From assembly GCF_009914755.1 (NCBI RefSeq), contig NC_060926.1: 64,000 bases of DNA, one strand, 5' to 3'. The notes beneath the pieces were generated by a model. The model was not told the DNA's origin, did not search any database, and was given only the letters and a program-made list of their open reading frames with translations. The position numbers and the translations under genes are program-made. Origin of the DNA: the human T2T-CHM13v2.0 reference genome, Homo sapiens. The stretch's first letter is position 1. Every line of letters begins with the position of its first letter. This document shows positions 53,771-64,000 of this stretch, in pieces.

Positions 53771-53771
53771 A
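53727..53771. repeat. Compound (CG)n/(CA)n alternating purine-pyrimidine tract
   Basis: atacgcgcgtgtgcgcgcgcgc(ac)n; 45 bp of uninterrupted alternation. Confidence 0.95.
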
Positions 53772-54175
53772 GAGCGAGTCTTAGTACTTTGCCCAAGGTC
53801 ATACAGCTGGTAAGTGGCAGAACCATGATTTGAAGACAGGCAAATCCAAGTCTTAGGATTTCTTCCAATGGGAGCTTTTAATGGTGTGAATTTTCAGGAC
53901 AATGGAAGGAAGTCTACAAAATATTCTGGAACGTATAGGGCCTTATGGTGTCAATTCCTTATGCACCAGACTCATCCCAAGATCTCATTACTCAGTGGAT
54001 ACTTCATATGTCTTTCGGTGTATACATTATTTGAGACGCGAGTTTATATACAAGTTGCATTCAAGGATCATGAGCTCTTGGTTAACTACAAAGTAGATCT
54101 TTAGTTATGAAAATCCCTATTTTCAGAGTCCTGTGATCTTGGCTTGGGCCATCTTACATAGAAACTGGTGAAATA

Positions 54176-54471
54176 GGCCAGGTGTCATGTCCATAATCCC
54201 AGCCCTTTGGGAGGCTGAGGTGGGAGGATCACTTGAGCCCAGGAGTTTGAGACCAGCCTGCGAAACATGGCAAAACCCCATGTGTACAAAAAGTACAAAA
54301 ATTAGCTGGGTGTGGTGGCGTGCCTGCAGTCCCAGATACCTGGGAGACTGAGGTGGCGAAGATCACTTGAGCCCTGGAGAGTCTGAGACTGCAGCGAGCC
54401 ATGACCTACGGCTGTACTCCAGCCTGACTGACAGAGCAAGACCCTGTCTCAAAAAAAAAAAAAAAAAAAAA
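54176..54471 (+). mobile_element. AluJ
   Basis: Dimer with A tail; TSD gaaactggtgaa (54161-54172 / 54473-54484). Confidence 0.92.
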
Positions 54472-56259
54472 GGAAACTGGTGAAGTTTATTATGTGATTC
54501 TTTTAGTGACTAAAATAAAGAGAACTTTTAGAGGAAGGTAATATCCACAGTAATGTAATGAACATATATGAGTTATTTGTTGAAAACACTCAGAACCACA
54601 GTTATGGATAAATAGTAAACTTTTAAAAATGTAATTTAGCTGATGTGAGTCATGACTTTCAAAGCCTAACAACAAGACCAGGCTTGAGCAATTCTTGTTT
54701 TTGAGTTTATGCTCCTTCTTGACTGTTTCCCTTTTTCTCATCTAGCCTAAGTCAGTTTGAATTAACATTTACCAAATTATTAATTTCATCGTATTCCTCT
54801 TACCCCTTGATTTTATCTTTATGATGTATTTTCAAAGTCTGGCTTGCTCTTTTTGATTTTGTCATAGTTCATAAGCTGATTTGTAGAGTAGTAAAATCTT
54901 GTTCATGTATGTTACTTTCAAACTGAAGGAGAAGGCCTGTGTATGTGCTCCTGGAATTCTCTCAGCATCCCAAACCAGTGCTCGGATACCATACTCCAGT
55001 GACCGGCCCATAAAGAGCAGGGACTCAATACTTGATTGATTGATGGTTCTGAATGCCAGCCAGTCAGTTCTGGGAAGGTGGGCTTATCTTCCCAGTGAAA
55101 TAAAACTGAGTCATTGAAGGCCATGATAAAGATTTGGCTTTCAGCCTAAGAGTAATGGGAAGCTATGCAGAGTTTTAAGCAGCCGAGTGACAAGCCCAGA
55201 TTTAAATTTTTAAAATAATTTATCTGGATGTTTGTGGAGCAGTTAAGTATAACCAAGTTTTAGAGCACAGAAATCAATATATGTTTTTAAAGTTTACCCA
55301 AGTGATATAATCTAAGAAGAACTGATACCCTGAATAGTCTCTAATCAGCCCTCTCAAGTTATTTCTCCTGACTGAAATTTTGAAAAACGCTGAGAAGCAT
55401 AAAGTTTGAGATTGCCTTTTTCTGTTTTTGGGGGGTGCGGTTGGGGAAGAACCTGAAATATGAGTATTTAGCATTTCTGATGAGACATTTTATTTTATAA
55501 TGAAAAATTGAAGAAATGCAGAATGTCATTAGGATTAGGGAAATGAATATATAAAGCTATTTAAAATGACAAGTCTGTATTTTATGCCTACATGAAAATG
55601 GGTGTGTTAAATTTGTTAATTTTAATAAGCAAAATTTAAAATGCAATAACATGTTTAAAATTATGAAAATGATCATGTATTCCCTTAACAAAATACACAA
55701 AAATAGAGATGAAACTTGGTATGCTTTGTTATCCATCAAATTCTGTTGCTTAACAGTGGTTTAAGTCTTGCTGAATAAAATGAGAAAATAAACCTAATAT
55801 TACTTCAGTAATCATTGTAAATCTGAGTTTAAAAAGCATTGAGGTGCTGCTAAGGCAGCAACATTTTCAAGATATTAAAAACTTTCATATGAAAATGTAC
55901 TCTGATATATTTCCTCTTCCCAAACATTTGTGGAGGTTGAGAAGATTTTAAACATGTTTTAAAGAAAGGAATTGACAGCTCATGAATTAAATACAGCCTT
56001 TAGCTCCTGCTTCAGCTGCTGTTTGTTGATAGCAGGTTGCAACAAGGTTAATAATGATTTGTTTGATGGATCTGCCCAAATTTTTATAGCATTTTATTCT
56101 TTGTATGGAACTTGCTAAGTCATAGCTCAATATAGCTCATTAAAATAAACATTTAAGCATGTGTATATAAAACAAATATTGGTGGAAAAAGGAAGAGATT
56201 TCTCAGAAAGAGTGCCCTGAAGGTAAAGTGCACCCTGGGCAGTAAGGTGAAGTATCAAG

Positions 56260-56838
56260 TTGCTCTGTTTTTATAAATAGTGTCGATTCTGAATTCTGGG
56301 CTGAAAAACTGGTAAATGACAGCTCTCTCTAGTATTTCCTGAGGCCATCTACTGTTTTCGAGCATAAATCATAAATATACCTTTGAACTAAGACAGTCTT
56401 GCTGGACCTATCCTTTTGCGACTCTGACTTCCTGTCTCAATGGAATATTGAAGAGGAGGCTCGGTAGAATAAACAGTGGAATCCTTGTCCGGGAGTGACT
56501 GCCTGGCAATTGTTTCATGGAAAACAGGGAGGGGTGGGGGACAACAACCCTGCTCTGTTCACTGGCTCTTTAATTTAGATTACCAATGATAAAGCCGGGG
56601 CTACGGCTAAAGAAAGGTAGGATGCATACGCAGAAACATTAGTGCTAATATGCTGCAGAAAAGCCAAGATAAATCAGTCCAGCTCTCATACATCACTAAG
56701 GGAGAAGCTGATTGCAACTTGACCATGTGCCTGAGTAGTCCCATCAGTGAGAAGAGGAGAACATGGATTTAAAAAAAACTAGAATGTACCCCTAGGGCTC
56801 CTGCCGTGGTGGACCTGGGAGAAGTGTCTGGTGTAAGT
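56260..56838 (+). promoter_or_regulatory. Candidate second internal promoter and non-coding first exon ending at a GTAAGT donor
   Basis: Lies in a ~3.5 kb block with no recognisable repeats. MEF2-type TTATAAATAG 56271-56280, ETS ACTTCCTG ~56427, SP/KLF GGGAGGGGTGGGG ~56527-56540, CCAAT 56583-56587, donor GGT|gtaagt at 56832/56833. Confidence 0.35.
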
Positions 56839-59800
56839 TTCAGCTTGTTTTATCCATGTATTTAGCAGTGTGTTCACATATACAGGGAGCTTGTTTCTCT
56901 TCTCTGTGTTTTCATGGAAGCCTCAAGCATGTTTATTTACAGAAGTAGACTTCATTTTGTGTAAATGTAATATCAACCTAATAAAGTTCTTAACAGAGAA
57001 CAGTTTAACCCAGTGTTTATCCAGGAGAGAAATGTAAAAAAAAGTAATGGTTGTCATAACTGTCTGCAGGAAGCCTGTGCGTGAGTTTTGTTTATTTGGG
57101 TTTTTTTTTTTTTTTTGGTTTTGTTTTACGGGGAAGTGAAGGGTTAGAGGAGTAGATTTGAAATGAAAAACTCAGTTATTTGGCAATTGTTTTTTTAAAA
57201 AATGTATTTGTCACCCAGCATTTCACTCCTCCTGTGGTCTTTTGTTTTGAAAAACTATGTTTAAATATGTAAAGCCAGCCTGCTAGAAACGCATTATATT
57301 TTATGACTGGGATGTTTGTATTGTTTCATATCTGTTATTAGACAAAATAATCATAAAGGGTGTTTTCTATGGACCTTTTTATATTCCAAAATTAAGTACA
57401 GATGGTAATTTTCAGCAGTTTTAAAAATTTGTCAATTATTTAATTTAGCATCACTTAAGCATCTGCACAAGGAGAAAGCTGAGATGGTACAGAAACTGAA
57501 TGAGCATTGATTGCTAGTCTGAATTGCATCTTTAAAGTTTTTGCCTCAAATCTCTGATTTCACAGTTTATTTTTACCAAATTAGATTATCATATTTCATT
57601 ATCGAGACTATGAATGGGTGGAACTCTCTGAGATATCCTACATTTCCCGTTAGAACAGGGCTTAAAGCGCCTGCTGATTGTTGCTCTGAGGGAAATTCTC
57701 ATGCCGGCTCACCGAGAAGATTGCTTAAATAATGCATGGGCAAGAGCGAAGCAAGATGGAATTTATGGCCCAGACAGTGTGATCAGGCTTTTGTTCAGAG
57801 GAGACACTACTTAAGTGTGAGCATACAGCATACACTGAGGCTCAGGGGAAGGGTGTAACTGAATGAAATTAGTGACCACATGATGCTGTCCACATGTTAT
57901 TTCAAAACAAGCCTTAAAACAGTCCATTGATCCTATAGTGTGGTTAGAGGGAGGGAAAAGGGGGTATCTTGAAGTGCCAGTTGCAAATAGAATCCCCTGA
58001 CTGAAAATTCCATGGGGCAGACACAGGAAGTGAATGCTATACCAGGAAGATGGTGTCCCTGGCGAGCCTAGGTGTTTGACTGATGAAATGTAGTATGGCA
58101 GTCTTGTTAGGAAAGAATAAACCTTGACCAAACTGCAGGGTTCTATACACTATGTCTTCCATCTTGTCCTAATTAGAGGAATATGTCTGCTGAATCTTAA
58201 TCTGTTTAATTGTTGATAGAGCAGGCATGTGATTTTCTATAAATACACATGAGCATTCATTTCTGAAATAATGGCTGTTGCCAAATATATTAGACCGACA
58301 GGAGTGCTGGACTAGGGAAGCTGTGCTGAATAGTTGAGTTTTGGAGGTAATGGACCAGTTGAGAATCACTGCACAGCTGGGCCAGCAGCTGCACCCAGTG
58401 CTCTGTCAAGTTTGGCCTCTAATTTCCTTGAACTTGTCCTTGTTTGCCAAAATGATGCACGTAGCAAGAACTTGCTTTAAATGAGCCCACTGCCAGCAAA
58501 AAAGACCCTTTTCAAAGAGTCTTTGTCGAAGTGTGTTGTCAACAGCGGCAATGGCCAAATGAGGTATTGATTAGGCGATGGGAAGTTTGAATAATCACAA
58601 AAATAAAAACCAAAGACAAAGTGGTAGAATGAGGTAAGCTGGCAGGAGATCAGAGTACATTAAAAGGCAGCATTCGGTCATCACTGTCCTAACTAAAGGA
58701 CATATGGAAAAATCCCATAATAATATCCAGCAATAATTATCTTGTAGTTAGGAAAAAATAAATTGGCCCCTGCAGTTTGGAAGGCAGCCCAGTAATCTCA
58801 GTGCCTTTTTTCTTAACAGTGTATTGTTCTGATATTCTTTGGGACCGGGTCAGAAGGAAGTGTCAGAGAGAGCATTTTATATTAAGAAGCATCCTATGAC
58901 TAAATAGTACAATTAGTGGCAAGCTGAGCAGAGACAGCAGCAAGGGCTCACCTTCCATTCTCTGGTCCCAACTTCAGCAAGTGTTTATTTAGCATTTGCT
59001 GTGTATCTAGCATGTTCTAGATACATGCTGTAACCAACTAGATTAAAAACTCTTTGAGAGCAGACACTTGGATTTATACGTTTCTCTTATAAATCCCATC
59101 TCTTGAAAACTATTGCCCTTGATATGATAACGGCAAGTCTGTCTAGTTCCTTGACTTTAAAGGTATTAAATATTAAATCCTTGTTATGGAGATGCTTAAT
59201 TTTTCTGTTGCAACACAGATCACCCTCCCTCTTCAGATTTGAGGGCTAGTGACTTGAACACTTGCAAGTTAGGTGGTTTGGGACAAAATACCTAATCTCT
59301 TGGGAGAGGAAGTTTCCTCCTTTGTGAAATGAAGAAAGTAACATTCATCATACAGGAATTAAGAGAAGAGATGTACCTGGGTGTTAGGAGGTGCTCTCCT
59401 GCCCTCACAGGATATAGTAGTATCATTTACCCCGTGGACTGAGTGTGCAGTGGAGCACAGGGGAGGTGGGGGACTGAGTAGGATGGCAGGAAAGCTGGCT
59501 AGAAGGGTGGAACAGTACCTTTGATAAGAATATGACCTGAGACAGGATGGTTCCTGTGGGAATGAGGGGGAAAAGATGAATCTGAAATATATTTCAAAAG
59601 GGAACATGACAGAATATGGCAGCAGATTGTATTAAAATAGGGTGACAAAGAAGAAAGAATCATAGTGAGGAGTGAAAAAATGATGGGTTTATGATTATGG
59701 CAAAGTCTAATGTGTGTGTGTGTTCTCTAAAAATCAAAAAGCTAGAACAATACAGTATTTCAGGGACTTATAAACTAAGAAAAGTAAGAGAGAAGAGGAA

Positions 59801-60932
59801 ATTGGAGTGCTCTAGTTAACTTATGTAAAGGGAAAGGGAAAAATCAATGATAAACCAATAATATAGAGCTATTGCTGACAATAGAATGAGAATTCAAAGG
59901 AATTGCTTAAAATGGCAAATCTATGTTTGGAGTTTTTCCCAGACAAGACCCACAATCATCAAATAATAAGGCTCTTCTGCAATCTTGGAACTTATTTAAG
60001 TTTTCCTGAGTTAAAAAATGCCACTGAGGGGATACAAATAGTGTCAGGGTTGGGAAGAAAAAAGAGCACGAGGAATGGAAATTCTCAAAATAGCTCGGTT
60101 TTAAAGAGGAAATGGGAGCCAAAAGATGGCTAGTTGACCTTTCAGAACATAACCATTCATTATGATTTGTCAGAAAGTTTGGCAACTGTTATTCCCTAAA
60201 TAACTTATTGTGATTTTTAAGGAAATTCAAGCAAGAATCAAAATTATACCAAACCCCCAACTGGCAAAAAGGTTGTTTTCCACAAGTTCATTTGCAAGCC
60301 CTTTATAGGAGCGATGTTGTAAACATATTTAGGCTCCTTTTCAAAAGTCTACCCAACCCACCCTCGGGTCAAAGTCATGTACAATTGCAATAAAAATTAA
60401 TAGCAAAACCACTTTTCATGTTAATAATTAAAGCATATATAAGCAATATTAAGCAATGACTATATAAGCAGTAAGCAATAATTAAAGCATAATAGAAGCA
60501 ATAATCACCAGGATAGAAAATATTTTGAATGCTAGTGTTCAGGGTTAACTACAAGATGATATGTATGGGTTGTGACTCTTTTAAAATTTGTGTCTGCCTT
60601 CACTGACTTTGAGACATTGACTTCTTTCATTATGAAAAGTAGGATTTTCCTGTCCTTATTTCAGGCATATCATGGGTTCTACCTTTACCCATATCTGCCA
60701 TGATTTGGGTTGTTTTCACAAACGAGGATGAGAGAAAAAGGCGGGTAGTGAGAGAGATACCTGAGGTAGCTGGGGCAAAAGTTGAGAGGAAAAACAGCAG
60801 GTTTAAAGTATGAGTGAGAAGGAGGTCAAAGGGCAATGAAGGGAGCACTGGACATTGAAGGAGGAACACAAAAAGGTGTGCATTTTGCTCTTGAGGGGAA
60901 AGAACATTGGGCTTCATGGCTCCCTGGATCAG

Positions 60933-60946
60933 CCACCAGGGGGTGC
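60933..60946 (+). promoter_or_regulatory. Candidate CTCF site
   Basis: CCACCAGGGGGTGC, one mismatch to the CCASYAGRKGGCRS core. Confidence 0.5.
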
Positions 60947-61154
60947 TTCAGCCTCAGAGAAGTTGTCTCTTGAGTCTGGGATTCGGCTCTTGACTGGGTA
61001 GACCTGAGGAACCTCCAGTGTACGTCCCCCGATTTAGGTCCCCCTTGTCTTCACTTCCTTCCCTGTTCAGTTTGGATACCATTGCCTATCATTTCAATCA
61101 CCCTCTTGTCCATATTACTGGTTCTCCCAATCATTCATTCAGTAAGGAGTTATT

Positions 61155-61462
61155 GGCCGGGCACAGCGGCTCACGCCTGTAATCCCTGCACTTTGGGAGG
61201 CTGAGGTGGGTGGATCACTTGAGGCTAGGAGTTCGAGACTAGCCTGGCCAACATGGCAAAACCCTGTCTCTACAAAAAATGCCAAAAATTAGCCAGGCAT
61301 GGTGGCACGTGACTGTAGTCCCAGCTACTCAGGAAGCTGAGGCCAGAGAATTGCTTGAACCTGGGAGATAGAGGTTGCAGTGAGCCTAGATCATGCCACT
61401 GTACTCTAGCCTGGGCCATGGAGTTAGACTCTGTCTCAAAAACAAACAAAACAGAAACAAAA
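61155..61462 (+). mobile_element. Alu (Jb/old S)
   Basis: ggccgggcacagcggctcacgcctgtaatc...gactctgtctc followed by an (AAAC)-type tail. Confidence 0.92.
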
Positions 61463-62429
61463 TCCAAAAGATTTATGGAGTGACTCCTGTGCTTCGGACA
61501 TTGTCGTACTGGATACTTGGAAATGAATGAAGCAGGTCTGTGCCTGCCCTTGTCACCTACCAGGTCCAATACCAACCCTTCCTCAGTCCAGTTGTAGGCT
61601 TTCTCTTGCCTCCAGCCAGGCTGCTGAGCAGTGCCAGAGAAAACCACACCACTTTCCACATGGCTTCTGTGGCACATCCATCGCCGCCAACCTCACTGGA
61701 CCCCTCGGCACAACTGAGCCATCCTTACCTATTCTCCTAATGCATTTCTACCCTTCTCCCCAACACCCATTTGAAGATTTCTACTCTCCTCAAATCCTTG
61801 ACCAAACCACCTCCTTGGTCACTTTTTGCAAACAGCCTCACCTCTTACCATGCAAGATTTCAGCTTCCTGCCAACAAATCAATTACCTGCGTAGTCCAAA
61901 TAAAACCAACTGCCTTGTGGACAGTTCAACACAGTGAAATCAAGTCTAACTCCAGGAAGCCTTGGAAGGCTAAGGAGGTCTTTACTGAAAGTTTCTTGAG
62001 GAGTCAGCCAAGACCAAAAAGGGCACTAGTCTTAAAATATATAGCTAGATTTCCTAAAAATCATCTTTACATGTCTTTCTTCCCAAAGTCTGGCTCCTCC
62101 TGGTGGCAGTTCGTTTCTTCTTGCCCTCTGCCCTCTTCCTCTGTTTCTTCACCAGCTGCCACACTCATCTGCCTTGCCTTCTTACCCTGGCCTGCCTTTT
62201 CTTATTCCTGCATGGGTAGAGCACACTAGCCTGTCTTGGTGTTGGCCACTCCCCCCACCACCCATTCCTCTTACCTCCATCAGGACGAGTCATAGATGGT
62301 TGAATAAGCAGTTTATCCTCCTTCCGAGTGAAGGGAGGGAGGCATTGCAAATACTGGCAATTATATATATGTGTGTGTGTATATATATATTTTTATATGT
62401 GTGTATACATATACACATACATATATATA

Positions 62430-63360
62430 GTCCATTTGTACAAATCCATTTCTAGTGCCTCAGGTTAAGATAGAAGAGGTTTTTCCTCCCGTGACCCCTT
62501 CATCTGTGTCCTGGACCCCATTCACTCTCATCCTCTTGGGATGCTTACTTTATGCATAATTTCTTCCATTTCTTATATCTTTCACCTTTTCATCCCCAGT
62601 GGATCCTTCTCATCTGAGTGTACATGGGCTTCTACCATTCCAATTTAAAAGAGAACAAGACAAAACAAAACCTTCATCTTCCCCTTGCACCCCTTTATCT
62701 ACTCTATCTCCCCTTTTATAGCCAATCTTTGTCATGGAATTGTCTATTTGTTGTATCCATTTCTTCCCTTCCCAGACACTCCTCAATCCACGGTGATTAA
62801 AATTCTAACCCAGCCACTCCACAGAAAGCTGGCTACCTAAAGTCATCCCCTGCCTGCTTGTTCTGAATGTGAAAGAGAGCCTCAGTCCTTAATTTTTCTA
62901 TAGCATTTGACATTGTGGATTCCTTTCCCTTCTTGAAATATTATTTTCTTGCAGCTTTTTAGTGCTCTCCTATTCCTTAGTCTCTGTAGGCTTATCTTTC
63001 TTTATACACTATTAAAATATAAGTCGTATTCAGGGGCACTCTTCTGACTTTGGGAGAAATGGGGAGATGCCATTCATTGCTGTGGCTTCCGTTAATACAT
63101 ACATACTATTGACTCCCATGCTTAGATCAGGCCTCACTTTGGGAGGCAGGATACAGATCCCTTCTGCTTGGAGAACAGAACTCCAAACTCAACTTGGATT
63201 TTAACCCCAAAATGGTGCAGTCTGAGGGTGGGCCTGTTTTTCTGGCCCAAACCAATAATTTGCTGAATTACCCTTCTGTTACAAAAAACCTCTCTCAAAC
63301 ATGTTCTATCACTACCACCACCAATTTTGTTGTATTGATCTCCTTTGGGGCTGAAATACA
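62430..63360 (+). mobile_element. L2 LINE relic
   Basis: CT-rich; tagcatttgacattgtggattcctttcccttcttgaaata resembles the L2 RT region. Confidence 0.6.
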
Positions 63361-63484
63361 GACTTTAAAATCTTCTTACATTCTTCGATAGTCTAGTGTT
63401 TATAGTGTAAACTTTATAGAATTTGTCCCGCTAATTAAGCCAAAATTTTAGAATGCGAAAGTCTTTTCTATCTCAAAACTGCTC

Positions 63485-63818
<334 letters not shown>

Positions 63819-64000
63819 TAAAAATAAAAAAAACCTTTGACTGTCTGTATTTTGGATAAATAAATCTATTTAGACAAGCAGTTGGCTTCTTTGTTTCCTT
63901 CAGTTCTTTTACTGTCCTTGGGGTAACTGAATGATCTCATAGGGTCAATGAGATACAAACTTTTAAATATTTTAACCTACACAGGAATGGAAAAGGGAAT

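Noticed and set aside
53792-53802. CCAAGGTCA NR5A motif
   Set aside because: Part of the MIR core consensus, present in very many copies genome-wide; not informative alone.

Overview
Human (primate) genomic DNA, AT-rich and dense in Alu, L1, MIR, L2, LTR and DNA-transposon relics. The window lies inside RAPGEF4 (Epac2, a cAMP-activated Rap GEF), transcribed on the + strand. One canonical coding exon is present: 10819-10965, 147 nt, phase 0/0, encoding the phosphate-binding cassette of the N-terminal cAMP-binding domain (CNBD-A). At 18508-18519 a short ATG-CTC-TAC-AAG|GT (MLYK) fits the alternative first exon of the CNBD-A-less Epac2B isoform. Its putative leader carries four upstream AUGs, and an NR5A-type motif overlaps its splice donor. 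A second candidate internal promoter and non-coding first exon lies at about 56.3-56.8 kb, and a candidate poison exon at 40540-40718. The rest is intron with well-preserved retrotransposition signatures: a young AluYa-lineage insertion with a perfect target-site duplication (TSD), a twin-primed 5'-inverted L1, a 7SL/FAM fragment, a MER41A solo LTR and nested insertions. I see no evidence of a new gene system. The best leads are regulatory (isoform control of Epac2) and population-genetic. Repeat subfamily names and isoform details come from recall of consensus sequences and literature, not from a database search.
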